Source: Candidatus Bathyarchaeota archaeon
GTDB lineage: Archaea > Thermoproteota > Bathyarchaeia > TCS64
DNA length: 64,000 bases
Reading direction: 5' to 3'
Assembly (NCBI GenBank): GCA_963769425.1
Contig: CAVYLP010000003.1
Span: 29,852-93,851 of the forward strand
Under the pieces are notes generated by a model. The model was not told the DNA's origin and did not search any database. It saw only the letters and a list, made by a program, of their open reading frames with translations. Shown here piece by piece: positions 51,963-61,971 of this stretch (within the stretch, counting starts at the first letter, position 1; each line of letters opens with the position of its first letter). Position numbers and translations under genes: made by a program.

Positions 51963-54635
51963 CTACTTTTTCTTCTCGGCGAGCGCCTTCTTGACCCTCG
52001 CGGGGGTCGCGGGGAGGTCGTATATCCTCGCGTCGCAGGCGTTGTAGATGGCGTTCGTCACTGCGGGTGCCGTCGAGGTCATCGTCATTTCGCCGATCCC
52101 CGTCGTCTTGAGCGGCCCTATCGAGCGGGGCGTCTCCCTGACGAGGTTGACCATCTCGAAGCTGTCCCGGATCATGGGGAACTTGAAAGTGACGTAGTCG
52201 ACGCTCTTGCCGTGGACGTACTCCTCCCTCAGAGCGTAGCCGACGCCCTGATCCATACCTCCCTCTAGCTGCCCTTCGAAGGCCAGGGGGTTGATGACGG
52301 GGCCGGCGTCTATCGCTGACGTGATCCTCAGGACGCGTGTCTCTCCGGTCTCGGTGTTGACCTCGACCTCGCAGAGCTGTATGTTGTGGCACTCCGTCGC
52401 GTAGTTAGGCCCCTGTCCCGTCTTGGGGTCGAACTTGTCAGGCCCCTCGGCCGCGAAGTTGCCCTCGTAGCGCGTCGGCTTGCCCGCCTTCTTCATGCCT
52501 GCGTAGGTCTTCGTCTTCGCCTCGGCCATAGCCTTCTTGAGCTTGTCGCAGGCGTCTGCGAGGGCGTTCCCGGCGAGGAACGTCATGCGGCTGCCCCATG
52601 AGCCGCCTGCGCTCACAGTCTTATCCGTGTCACGTGTGTAGAGGCGCACCTTCTCCAGGGGTAAGCCTAGCCTTTCGGCCGCGATCTGAGTGAGCATGGC
52701 GTCGTTCCCCTCCCCCGGGTCCGCGACGGCAGCGTAGATCGTTACGCCGTCATCGGAGTCAAGCTCGATATAGAGCTTAGCCGCGTCCCCGAAGTCTCCT
52801 ATGCCGAACGAATCAGCTGCAAGGCCGACGCCGCGCCTCAGCTTGCCACCCTTCGCGTTGAACGCCTCCGCCTCCTTAACAGCCTTCTCGTAGGCGGGCT
52901 TCACGGCGTCGCATAGCTCGGGGAATGGCCAGTCGACCGCCACTGGGCCGGTGGACTTCGACTGCCCCGGCTTCAGCGAGTTCATTCTACGAATCTCAAG
53001 TGGGTCTATGCCGAGTTTCTCAGCGATCATGTCAACGGCGGACTCGATTGCGAACATCGTTTCCGGCGGACCCGCTCCTCGGGCTGCACCACCTCCGGCG
53101 TTGTTGGTGTAAACGAGTCTACCGAAAGCCTCGATGTTGGGTATGTGGTAGGACCCCTGTAGCATCATCAGCGAGCGATCTAGGCTCGAGCCGGGTCCGC
53201 CCAACATGTAGGCGCCCTTGTTAATCGTGAAGTCGTAGTAGAGCGCCGTGAAGTGACCACCCTTGTCCGCCGCCATCTTCAGCTTCGCCGAATATGGGTG
53301 CCTCTTCGATGTAGTCTGCATCGACTCCGTCATACTCGGCTGATACTTGATTGGGCGCTTGAAGTGGAGCGCAGCGGCAGCAGTGACAGCCTCCGTCGTG
53401 ACCCTCGCCTTGATGCCGAACTGACCGCCTACGAAGGGCTCCTTATAGCGGACGTTGTCCCAGCCGACCGCCTCCTTGATCTCGGCAGTATGGTTGTGGA
53501 TAGCGATGCTGCGCCCGATCACGACGAGCTGGTCGCCATCGAGGTAGGCGACGCAGTTTTCGGGTTCAAGCGGTGCCTGGTGGTTCATCTGCGTCTCGAA
53601 GTCGTGTTCGACGACGACCGCAGCCTTGGCGAACGCCTCATTCGCGTCTCCCTTTATGAGGGGCTGCGAGTAGCAGAGGTTCGGCGAGTGGCTGTGTAGC
53701 TGGTAGGCTCCGGGTGCGAGCGCCTCCTGAGGAGTCATCATGACGGGGAGAGGCTCGTACTCGACCTTGACAGCGGCCGCCGCGGCCCTTGCCTGCTCGC
53801 GGGTCTCCGCTGCGACGCCGATGATCGGGTCACCAAGACACCTCACCACGTCCTCGCATAGCACAGGCCTATCTGGCCAGTACTCCCTGATCCTGTTCGT
53901 TCCCTTGATGTCGTCGGCCGTCATGACGCCGAACACTCCCGGCATCTTCAGCGCCGCCTTCGTGTCGACGGACTTGATCTTAGCGTGGTACTGGATGCTG
54001 TGCACCAGCGCTAGGTGGAGTGGTTTGTCGAGCTTTATGTCGGCGGAGAACTCGGCGAGGCCACAGGCCTTCAGCATCGATGTGGGCCGGGGATGGAATG
54101 TGCCCATCATCCCTCCCTTGAGACCGCGTCGGACCTCCGCGGGGGTCGTCTCCTTTCGGATGAACTGGCCCGAGAGCTTCACGGCCTCAATGATCTTCTT
54201 GTACCCTGTGCACCGACACATGTTGCCCGCCAGCGCCCTCTTTATCGCCGGGAGGTCCGGGTTGGGGTTCTGATCGAGAAGGACCTTCGTCGCTATTATC
54301 ATGCCCGGCGTACAGAAGCCGCACTGTATCGCGTCGGTCAAGACGAACGCCTCCTGGATCAGGTGAGGCTTCTCAGGCGTGCCCAGACCCTCAATCGTGG
54401 TCACGGACGCGTCGTCAAGGTCGGCAACCTTCTGCAGGCAGGAACGCACCGCCTTGCCGTTCACTATCACGGTGCACGCTCCACACTGACCCTTCCGATC
54501 ACATGACTGCTTCGTGCCAGTCAGACCGAGGTCCTCGCGTAGCAGGTCGATTAGGGCCCTGTTGGGCTCCACCGTGAACTCACGCTTGACTCCGTTGATA
54601 TTTATAGAAACTTCCTTCGTCGTAGTCGGCGACAT
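51963..54635 (-). CDS. Molybdopterin-dependent aldehyde oxidoreductase (xanthine-oxidase family, Mop type). It has N-terminal 2x[2Fe-2S] domains fused to the Mo-cofactor domain and no FAD domain.
   Basis: N-terminal CDRKGQCGACTV...C and GFCTPGM...CRCTGY ferredoxin motifs, then a large MoCo-binding domain. 890 aa. Confidence 0.8.
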   Translation of the reverse strand: MSPTTTKEVSININGVKREFTVEPNRALIDLLREDLGLTGTKQSCDRKGQCGACTVIVNGKAVRSCLQKVADLDDASVTTIEGLGTPEKPHLIQEAFVLTDAIQCGFCTPGMIIATKVLLDQNPNPDLPAIKRALAGNMCRCTGYKKIIEAVKLSGQFIRKETTPAEVRRGLKGGMMGTFHPRPTSMLKACGLAEFSADIKLDKPLHLALVHSIQYHAKIKSVDTKAALKMPGVFGVMTADDIKGTNRIREYWPDRPVLCEDVVRCLGDPIIGVAAETREQARAAAAAVKVEYEPLPVMMTPQEALAPGAYQLHSHSPNLCYSQPLIKGDANEAFAKAAVVVEHDFETQMNHQAPLEPENCVAYLDGDQLVVIGRSIAIHNHTAEIKEAVGWDNVRYKEPFVGGQFGIKARVTTEAVTAAAALHFKRPIKYQPSMTESMQTTSKRHPYSAKLKMAADKGGHFTALYYDFTINKGAYMLGGPGSSLDRSLMMLQGSYHIPNIEAFGRLVYTNNAGGGAARGAGPPETMFAIESAVDMIAEKLGIDPLEIRRMNSLKPGQSKSTGPVAVDWPFPELCDAVKPAYEKAVKEAEAFNAKGGKLRRGVGLAADSFGIGDFGDAAKLYIELDSDDGVTIYAAVADPGEGNDAMLTQIAAERLGLPLEKVRLYTRDTDKTVSAGGSWGSRMTFLAGNALADACDKLKKAMAEAKTKTYAGMKKAGKPTRYEGNFAAEGPDKFDPKTGQGPNYATECHNIQLCEVEVNTETGETRVLRITSAIDAGPVINPLAFEGQLEGGMDQGVGYALREEYVHGKSVDYVTFKFPMIRDSFEMVNLVRETPRSIGPLKTTGIGEMTMTSTAPAVTNAIYNACDARIYDLPATPARVKKALAEKKK

Positions 54636-54873
54636 GCAATCAACTCTGCATTACTATTACGAAATGTTTGTATGAACATTTCGGTCGAGTGTACGCGCTT
54701 GCCTCCTATAGTTGCCCTGCGTTGTTGCGTCCTAACGGTGAAGCGGGTGGAGCAGCTAGGTTAGAGTACATTAAGATTAAAATGGGCTAGACCAGTGGAA
54801 GCTTTTTTTTCAGTCTAATCCTCCTTAACAAAATGATTTTACTAATATGTGATGCCTCTATAAACGCTAGCAA

Positions 54874-56373
54874 ATGATTCTAGAGTCGATATGTATACTC
54901 GTTCATTTTATAAGACGCTGTAATCTTCCTAATTGCGTGAGAAGTTTGAAAATTGTGTCAGTCTCAATCGCATCCATTGCGATTCTATTCACGATAGTCC
55001 TAGCATTTTCAGCGACTAATGTAGTCCACGCCATCGGGGTAAACGCCACTATAAATGGTGGACCCACCCCCATGGGAATAGTATATGACTCCGGCAAGAA
55101 CCTAATCATCACAGCCAACTACAAACTCGATCCAACCAACCCAAACTCCGCAAACAGAATCTCATTGATAAACGACACCACTAACAGACTCATCGGGTCG
55201 ATCGCCATACCCTTTATACAAACAACAGGTGCTAGAGGAGCCTTCCCAGTCGACCTAGCCTATGCACCGGACCAAAACTTGACATTCGTATCCTGCGGAG
55301 CCGGCACGGTAGCAGTGGTGGCGGATAAGGATGGCCACATAGTCGCAAACGTTGCAGTGGGGATTTCTCCAACTGGCATAGCCTACGACTCCGGCAAGAA
55401 AGAGGTCTATGTAGTCAACACATATGACGGAACCGTCTCGGTCATTGACGTCAACTATAAGGTGATCGCAACCATACCCGTGGGAAAAAGCCCCACCCGC
55501 GTAGCCTATGACTCAGGTTTAGGCGAGGTATTCGTGACCAACGAGGAATCTAGCACGGTCTCTGTCATTTCGGATAGCAAACATGAGGTTGTTGCAACCA
55601 TAACCGTTGACGCCGGCGCCACAAACTTCGGCCCCACAGGCGTCGCCTACGACTCCGGCCAACACAAGGTCTACGTCGCCAACCCCCACTATAACACTGT
55701 CTCCGTCATATCCGACGACGCGGATAACAAGGTCAAGACCACGATCAACAACATATCTGGCGCGAGTGCTGTGGCTTACGATTCTGGCAAGGGCCAGATA
55801 TGGGTGCTCACACAGGGTGGCGTCACCGTAATATCAGACAGCAATGATCAGGTAATTGCCAGTGTGGGTATCGCATCTGGGCTTTATGGTATAGCCTATG
55901 ACTCAGGTAAGGGCGAGATATTCGTCACCAGCACTAATGATGGCACGGTCTACATGATTTCAGATTCATTCAGTACCCCAACGCCGACGCAGACAACAGG
56001 CACCCTAATAGTCAATGTAAAGGACTCCAACGGAGGTGTCCTCTCGGGAGTAACTGTATCGTCGACGAGCCAGCCCTCAGGTCAAAGTGGGTTGAGTGGG
56101 ACAACCGGCTCTGATGGGTCGGTGACTATTAGCAATGTGGCTACAGGGGCATACACGTTACAGGCATCGAAAAGTGGATACGTGACTGGGACTGGTTCAG
56201 GAAGTGTTGCGGCTGGCTCATCTGCAACCGTTAGCATTACCCTTCAGACTCAACAATCGGGCGGAGGAGGTGGAGGGGGCGGGGGTGTGCCAGGTTTCCC
56301 GGTTGAAGCTACTGTACTGGGTATAATTCTCGTTGTGGTTGTGTTGTCCGCCCGAAAACGCTTATCCGTTTAA
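54874..56373 (+). CDS. Surface protein with YVTN-type beta-propeller repeats and a PGF-CTERM archaeosortase sorting signal
   Basis: About 7 repeats of ...YDSGK..V(Y/F)V.N...TVSVI... A Thr/Ser/Gly-rich linker follows, then GGGGGGGGVPGFPVEATVLGIILVVVVLSARKR at the C-terminus. Confidence 0.65.
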   Translation: MILESICILVHFIRRCNLPNCVRSLKIVSVSIASIAILFTIVLAFSATNVVHAIGVNATINGGPTPMGIVYDSGKNLIITANYKLDPTNPNSANRISLINDTTNRLIGSIAIPFIQTTGARGAFPVDLAYAPDQNLTFVSCGAGTVAVVADKDGHIVANVAVGISPTGIAYDSGKKEVYVVNTYDGTVSVIDVNYKVIATIPVGKSPTRVAYDSGLGEVFVTNEESSTVSVISDSKHEVVATITVDAGATNFGPTGVAYDSGQHKVYVANPHYNTVSVISDDADNKVKTTINNISGASAVAYDSGKGQIWVLTQGGVTVISDSNDQVIASVGIASGLYGIAYDSGKGEIFVTSTNDGTVYMISDSFSTPTPTQTTGTLIVNVKDSNGGVLSGVTVSSTSQPSGQSGLSGTTGSDGSVTISNVATGAYTLQASKSGYVTGTGSGSVAAGSSATVSITLQTQQSGGGGGGGGGVPGFPVEATVLGIILVVVVLSARKRLSV

Positions 56374-56902
56374 TTTCCTCGATTTTTCTATAACTCTTCG
56401 GCATGACTCATTTTTTACTCCACTTGCACACACAAATAAAGTCGAAGATGATACAACGAGGATGATATTTATCGATGTGAGGTGTAACACCAATAAAATG
56501 ACGTCTGAGATGAGACAGAGGCAGATTTCCAAATTATATATCTAAGAGGTGTGACACTAATCTCATCAATTCATCGAATCTCATGCCACTTATACTCTAG
56601 CGCATTTGTTACAAGCGATGAGAGACTGAGGAAAATAGAGGATCCCGCGATCATCATAATGAAGGACTATATCTAAACAATTTTTTAAATAGAAATGAAT
56701 ATGTAAAAGCTTCGTACTAAATCAAAATGTATTTATCGAATTGTAAATGGGTTAACAACCACCATTATAACACGCAACAACCACCGTATACAGTGAAGAA
56801 TCCTGTAACGGCCACCACTTACATGCGCAACTGCTACTATTACAAAGCGCAACAGCCACCGTATACAAGGGACAGCTCCGCAACAGCCGCCACTTATAAG
56901 GA

Positions 56903-56989
56903 AGACAGAAATAGACAGAAATAGACAGAATAAGACAGGAATAGACGGAAATAGACAAAAATATACTAAAAAAGACAGAAAAAGACAGG
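56903..56989. repeat. Imperfect tandem array (about 9 copies) of a 10-bp unit AGACAGAAAT
   Basis: gaagacagaaatagacagaaatagacagaataagacaggaatagacggaaatagacaaaaatatactaaaaaagacagaaaaagacagg. Confidence 0.8.
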
Positions 56990-57135
56990 CGTCTAAGCGT
57001 TTTTATTGACCTGAATCGGTAAAGGGGCTTGGAAACGGCTCAGATGGGTAAAGTGTTTGTGAGGAAAAACGGTATAAGTTGCAGTCGTTGCGGTATAAGT
57101 AGCCACTGTTGCGCGGAGGATGTGGATGGACTCAG

Positions 57136-57381
57136 ATGGGTTTTTCGGTGCGGATCGGAGAGGCACATAGATTAATGATCCCGATTGAATGCAGGCGAAA
57201 ACTTGACCTGAAGCCGGGGCAGATCTACGATATAACGATTGTAAGCTCGGACAGGATGGTCAAAGAAAATTTCCTTGCGAAGCTTCACTCATCTGGACAC
57301 GTCGTCATCCCGAAGCTCATCTACGAGACAAGAAAGTTCGCCAAAGGTCAGCTTCTAACCGTCTACGTCAGTACAGATTAA
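57136..57381 (+). CDS. AbrB/MazE/SpoVT-type swapped-hairpin DNA-binding protein (annotated ORF 57109..57381)
   Basis: MGFSVRIGEAHRLMIPIECRRKLDLKPGQIYDITIV has the KLDLKPGQ hairpin motif. Confidence 0.5.
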   Translation: MGFSVRIGEAHRLMIPIECRRKLDLKPGQIYDITIVSSDRMVKENFLAKLHSSGHVVIPKLIYETRKFAKGQLLTVYVSTD

Positions 57382-57402
57382 ACGAGGTGGAGGATTGCCT
57401 AG

Positions 57403-57663
57403 CTAGACCTTCCCTTTAGCCTGATCCATCGCGGCCTGGATCCCCCTACTGATCTTTCTCGGCAAAGTAGTTCTTCTCACCCACCGGCCATCCGCACTAA
57501 GCTTTTTGATTACCTCACTCAGGAGGGCTACATCAGCTCTGAGCCTGTTAACGTCACGCCTAGCCAAGACAAAGAGCATCCTCGTAGCGTCGTCCTCGAC
57601 CCCGTCCTTTAGCCAAGCATTAAGGCGCCTTCTATCAGCCTCGGTGAATATGTAACTTCTCAT
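57403..57663 (-). CDS. Small hypothetical protein (86 aa). The rest of annotated ORF 57403..57906 is a shadow of the deacetylase gene.
   Basis: Internal Met MRSYIFTEADRRRLNAWLKDG... The coding-like part ends before the overlap with 57717..58559. Confidence 0.3.
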   Translation of the reverse strand: MRSYIFTEADRRRLNAWLKDGVEDDATRMLFVLARRDVNRLRADVALLSEVIKKLSADGRWVRRTTLPRKISRGIQAAMDQAKGKV

Positions 57664-57716
57664 AAAGCTAAAAATATAACAGCGTACTAATAAAAATTCA
57701 GGATTCAGAATACTAT

Positions 57717-58559
57717 TTAATCCTTCCAGCACCGAGCCACGTCTTCGCCTCTGCAGAACCAGACCCCCTTCTGCCTCATCATGTGCTGGATGAGCCTCTC
57801 CACCATCATGATCCTGTGCGCCCTGCCGCTGATGTAGGGGTGCAGCGTTAGGACGTAGACGCCGTTCTCGACGTTGTCGTACATGTAGTCGAACTCCTGG
57901 CTCCACACCTCGAAGACGTCGCTCGGGGAGTGTAGTCCCGGGTTTAGGGGAGCCCTGCGGAACTCGAAGTGGGGGTAGTCGTCCATGTACCAGGAGATGG
58001 GGAGCTCTATGATCTTCGACTCCCTGCCGAAGACCCAGGGCTCGGAGGGGGAGCCGTGGTCACCCACCCTGCACTTGTAGGGGTTGAAATCGTCACCCAT
58101 CTGGGTGCTGTCGTAGAGGAAGCCGTGGTCCTCCATCAGCTTTATCGTGCTGTTACTGTTCGCGAAGCCGCCCGAGCGGTTACCCACGGGGTACTTGCCG
58201 GTGACCCTCTTTATCACCTCGTTCGCCTTCTCCATCAGCTCCAACTCCTTCTCGGGGCTGAGCTGAGGCGCGTCCTCGTGGCACCACATGTGGTGGGCGA
58301 TCTCGTGCCCCTTATCGAATATCTTCTTCGTGAGCTCCGGGTAGACCTCGATGGTCCACGCCGGAACGAAGAAAGTGGTCTTGAAGTTGTACTTGTCGCA
58401 GAGGTCGAGCACCCTCGGGACGCCTACACGGGCACCGAACTCGCCCTGGCTGATCAACGTGGGCGTCGTCTCGCCGCGGAGGACAAAAGCAGACATCGCG
58501 TCGAAGTCCCAACTGAGGACGACGGCGCATTTCTTACCCTTCGGTAGAACAATCGGCAT
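57717..58559 (-). CDS. Divergent polysaccharide deacetylase (PuuE/allantoinase-like CE4 family)
   Basis: N-terminal KKCAVVLSWDFDAMS and His-rich HHMWCHE segments. Confidence 0.6.
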   Translation of the reverse strand: MPIVLPKGKKCAVVLSWDFDAMSAFVLRGETTPTLISQGEFGARVGVPRVLDLCDKYNFKTTFFVPAWTIEVYPELTKKIFDKGHEIAHHMWCHEDAPQLSPEKELELMEKANEVIKRVTGKYPVGNRSGGFANSNSTIKLMEDHGFLYDSTQMGDDFNPYKCRVGDHGSPSEPWVFGRESKIIELPISWYMDDYPHFEFRRAPLNPGLHSPSDVFEVWSQEFDYMYDNVENGVYVLTLHPYISGRAHRIMMVERLIQHMMRQKGVWFCRGEDVARCWKD

Positions 58560-58607
58560 ATCGGTTCGAGGAATAGGGTACTCAAAATGCGCTTTTAAGA
58601 CCGCGCA

Positions 58608-58994
58608 TCACGCCGACTCAAGCTTGTTGGAGGGGACCCAGCCGTAGCGCCACTTGGCGTCGAGGCACTCCGCCCACCCGAGCGTCTCCCCGAGTAGCTG
58701 GACAACGTCACCTACCTCCACGGTCAGCTCGATTGAGTTATAGGGCTGGTTGAAGACGCCCTTGGCCCCATCTATCCTCAGGTGGGTCGAGGGGACCCAC
58801 ATCTCAACACTCTTCGAATCTTTGCACCAGAACCAGCCAGGCATCTCCGGGTCCTCCTTACCGACGGAGACAATGTCCCCCTCGGACGCGACCATCGCGT
58901 AGGTGAAGGACGCCTTGTGCTCCCTCGCGACGCGGTACAATGGCCTCTTCATGGTTTCGGGTCCGCGTCGGCGGATAAACCGTTTACTCTTCAT
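58608..58994 (-). CDS. Hypothetical protein, possibly an SH3-like fold (128 aa)
   Basis: ORF with codon usage matching its neighbours. Confidence 0.35.
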   Translation of the reverse strand: MKSKRFIRRRGPETMKRPLYRVAREHKASFTYAMVASEGDIVSVGKEDPEMPGWFWCKDSKSVEMWVPSTHLRIDGAKGVFNQPYNSIELTVEVGDVVQLLGETLGWAECLDAKWRYGWVPSNKLESA

Positions 58995-59012
58995 CCAGGG
59001 GTGAGGCGAGCA

Positions 59013-60212
59013 CTACTTCTTCAATGTCTCCTTGACAACGACGATAGCAAGGAAACAGCCAAGCAGTGCGAGCCCAGCGTTGAGGAGGAAGAGTGAGCCG
59101 ACTCCGAGGAGGGCTGAGACGATCCCCGCAACAGCAGGTCCAGCGAAGGTGCCGAGGTCTCTCAGTAGACGGTAGAAGCCGAAAGCCTTCCCACGGTTCT
59201 CGGGGGTAGAGACGTCGGCGACGAGGGCGCTCGCGACGGGGTGGAAGAAGCCGGTGCCGAATCCGAGGGTGATGCTGGAGGCCACCAGTGCTACCGGGGA
59301 AGCCGAGGCGAAGAGGCCGATGAAGCTCAGCGAGGTGAAACCCATCCCCACTGCTATCGGTAGCCTCCTGCCGACGCGGTCAGATACTGGGCCCGCGAGG
59401 AAGGAGCCGAGAGAAGTCGCCCCCGCGAAGGCGACGAATAGGAGGGCCAGCTCCTCGATGCTGAGCAGGCTCGTCTGGGTCGTGTATAGGGGGATTATAG
59501 AACTGAAGACGTTCTGAGAGTACATGAAGAGGAAGGCGGTATACATCGCGACAAGGTACTCGGGACCGATAATGTCCCTGAGCCCGCCGACGTCGAGCAC
59601 CGGCCCCCTCGCCCCCGTGGGGGCGGAGGTCTCCCTGACGAGCACAATACTGAGGACGAAGGCCACCGCGGAGAAGGCAGAGGCAACGCCGAAGACGGCG
59701 GCGACGCCGATCACACTGACCAGTACACTGGACGCCGCTGAGCCTATCATTATAGCGAAGCCGTTGCCCCCCTCATAGAGCCCCATCGCGAGGGCCCTCC
59801 TCTCCGGGCCAGCCGCCTCCACCATCGCCGTCATCATGGCGAGGAAAAACATCGCCTGCCCCGCCCCGTAGAGAACGAAGCCGACGACCAGCATGGCAAC
59901 GGAGGAGGATAGGTAGACTACCGCGAGGCTCACGGCAATCGTCGCCGCCCCAACCGTGGCTAGCCTCTTCCGCCCGTGGACATCAGAGAGGAAGCCACTC
60001 ACCGGGCCCAGCCCCGCCTTAACGAGGCCGATAGTCGAGATAAGAACACCCACAAGCAGGTACGATGTCCCCACGAAGCCGCTCGTCTGGAGGGCGAGGA
60101 GGGGCTGGATCATGCCGTAGCCGATGAAGCTTGCGAAGAGTGCCGTCATGTAACCGGCGACCCTAAAGAAGAAGCCGAGGCCACCCTCTCTCGCGGTCAA
60201 GGTCTCAACCAA
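59013..60212 (-). CDS. MFS transporter (12 TM)
   Basis: Twelve hydrophobic segments and a loop 2-3 motif (DRVGRRL). Confidence 0.75.
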   Translation of the reverse strand: MVETLTAREGGLGFFFRVAGYMTALFASFIGYGMIQPLLALQTSGFVGTSYLLVGVLISTIGLVKAGLGPVSGFLSDVHGRKRLATVGAATIAVSLAVVYLSSSVAMLVVGFVLYGAGQAMFFLAMMTAMVEAAGPERRALAMGLYEGGNGFAIMIGSAASSVLVSVIGVAAVFGVASAFSAVAFVLSIVLVRETSAPTGARGPVLDVGGLRDIIGPEYLVAMYTAFLFMYSQNVFSSIIPLYTTQTSLLSIEELALLFVAFAGATSLGSFLAGPVSDRVGRRLPIAVGMGFTSLSFIGLFASASPVALVASSITLGFGTGFFHPVASALVADVSTPENRGKAFGFYRLLRDLGTFAGPAVAGIVSALLGVGSLFLLNAGLALLGCFLAIVVVKETLKK

Positions 60213-60236
60213 CTCCCCCCACAGCCGTGAAAAGGC

Positions 60237-60764
60237 TTGCGCCGACGCCTGCCACCTGAAACGATAAAAACACCATGGGCCAGAGTCACTCAGGTGTCAG
60301 ACTTGGTAAAGGCTCTCGTCCTGTATCACAGTCAGGAGTTCGGTAACACGGGTAAGATGGCGGAGGCGGTGGCGGAGGGGCTGCGCTCCGCGGGGTGTGA
60401 GGTCACCACTTTCAACACTAACGCGGGGAGGTTCGACGCCTCCACCTTCCCCCAGTACGCCTGCGCCGCCTTCGGCTCACCCGACTACTACAGCTACGTC
60501 GCGGGGGGCCTCAAGACCTTCATGGACGACCACTACATTTTGCATACTCGCAAGGGCGTCACCGGGATGAAGGGCAAGCCATACTCCCTCTTCTACAGCC
60601 ACGGGGGAGGCGGCAGGGTCAGGGAAGCTATGGTGAACCTCTTCAAACACGTCGGGACACTCGTCGGGGAACCCCTCGGCTGCCCCGGCGCACCCTCGAA
60701 GGACATTCTGAGTAAGTGCCGCGACCTCGGAAGGGAACTCGCCAAGAAAGCGACGACCTCATAA
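60237..60764 (+). CDS. Flavodoxin-like fold protein (WrbA/NAD(P)H:quinone oxidoreductase-like). The true start is probably internal (TTG/GTG near 60303).
   Basis: VKALVLYHSQEFGNTGKMAEAVAEGL flavodoxin-like N-terminus. Confidence 0.5.
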   Translation: MRRRLPPETIKTPWARVTQVSDLVKALVLYHSQEFGNTGKMAEAVAEGLRSAGCEVTTFNTNAGRFDASTFPQYACAAFGSPDYYSYVAGGLKTFMDDHYILHTRKGVTGMKGKPYSLFYSHGGGGRVREAMVNLFKHVGTLVGEPLGCPGAPSKDILSKCRDLGRELAKKATTS

Positions 60765-60804
60765 CGATCGGTAAGAAAAGGGCTTCATCAGGAAAGCGAT
60801 CAGT

Positions 60805-61644
60805 CTACCACTTCAGCTTTTGGAGGAAGGCCCTGACTTCCCTCTCGAAGTCTGCTGGCTTATCCTGGGGCACCATGTGACTCGCCCCCTTAACCGCCAC
60901 GACCTCGAGGCCCGGGATCAGCTTCACCATCCGCTCCCTCTTCTCCGGGGTCACCAGCGGGCTCTCGGAGCCGAGTATCAGCTTAGCTGATACCCTGATC
61001 CTCTCGACGTATGGCCAGAGGTCGGTGAAGTAACTTGTCATTGTCGGGCTGCCCGTGGGCTTCGGCTTGAGACTCCCGTTGGGTTGCTTCACAAAGCCGT
61101 GTTTGAGCCGGTTCTCGACGTACTCTGGGGAGAACCCGGGGTATCTCTGCTTCAGGTACGCCTTCGCCTCGGCCTCGTTCTTCATCGACTCAGGCGCCTG
61201 CTGACTCCAGGGTCTGGACACCGGGTCCGGCGGTGCTATGTCGACCAGTATCAGCCCCTTCACCTCGTCGGGGTGCTCCGCGGCGAGTATCATGCTCATC
61301 CTCCCACCGATGCTGTGGCCTATGAGGACGCAGGGGGAGTAGCCGAGCTTCAGGTAGCACTCTCTCATGAGTTCCGCGTGCTCGGGGAGGGTCACTGTCT
61401 TCGTCGGGACGGTGGTGTCCCCGTGTGCGAGGATGGTGAGGGCTAGTATCTGATACCTGTCCTCAAGCGACTCACACATAGCTTCCATACTGTAGGCGTC
61501 CATCCCCATGCTGTGAAGGATGACGATCTTCCTACCCCTCTTCCCCCAGGTGGCGTAATGAATCTTGTAGCCGCCGACCTCGATGAAACCCTCGGATGCC
61601 GTCAAAGCGTGTCGAGGAGTGTTGGGGGGCTTCGCCGGTTTCAA
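60805..61644 (-). CDS. Alpha/beta-hydrolase fold protein
   Basis: GHSIGG nucleophile elbow. HGDTT oxyanion-region context. Confidence 0.7.
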   Translation of the reverse strand: MKPAKPPNTPRHALTASEGFIEVGGYKIHYATWGKRGRKIVILHSMGMDAYSMEAMCESLEDRYQILALTILAHGDTTVPTKTVTLPEHAELMRECYLKLGYSPCVLIGHSIGGRMSMILAAEHPDEVKGLILVDIAPPDPVSRPWSQQAPESMKNEAEAKAYLKQRYPGFSPEYVENRLKHGFVKQPNGSLKPKPTGSPTMTSYFTDLWPYVERIRVSAKLILGSESPLVTPEKRERMVKLIPGLEVVAVKGASHMVPQDKPADFEREVRAFLQKLKW

Positions 61645-61652
61645 TTTTTGGA

Positions 61653-61889
61653 TCAGTACCGGTCGCGTGGGCTCTGTGTGAGCTTCATCACGGCGAGGCT
61701 GTGGCTGCAGACCCCCTTCTCCTGGTACCCGGGGCAGCTGCAGTAGACCCTGCCATCCCTGACGACGAGGGTATATGTGCCGTGATCACCAATCACATTG
61801 TAGTGCCCAGTGTCGAGCCTCTCGATCCTCCCCGCCTTCAGGAGCCGGTCGGCCTTGTCAAGCATCTTGTAGAGTGGCATGGCGAGCAC
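61653..61889 (-). CDS. SWIM zinc-finger protein (78 aa)
   Basis: YCSCPGYQEKGVCSHSLAV has the CxCx(n)CxH SWIM pattern. Confidence 0.5.
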   Translation of the reverse strand: MLAMPLYKMLDKADRLLKAGRIERLDTGHYNVIGDHGTYTLVVRDGRVYCSCPGYQEKGVCSHSLAVMKLTQSPRDRY

Positions 61890-61971
61890 TGAAAACAGGA
61901 GGCGACGGCTTCAAGATAAGCTATTCCATGAGGGCGCCGGGATACGGTGAAATATTCTGAGCGGGGATATC

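Noticed and set aside
56903-56989. CRISPR array
   Set aside because: The repeat unit is only 10 bp with no spacers, and no cas genes are present. It is a simple tandem repeat.
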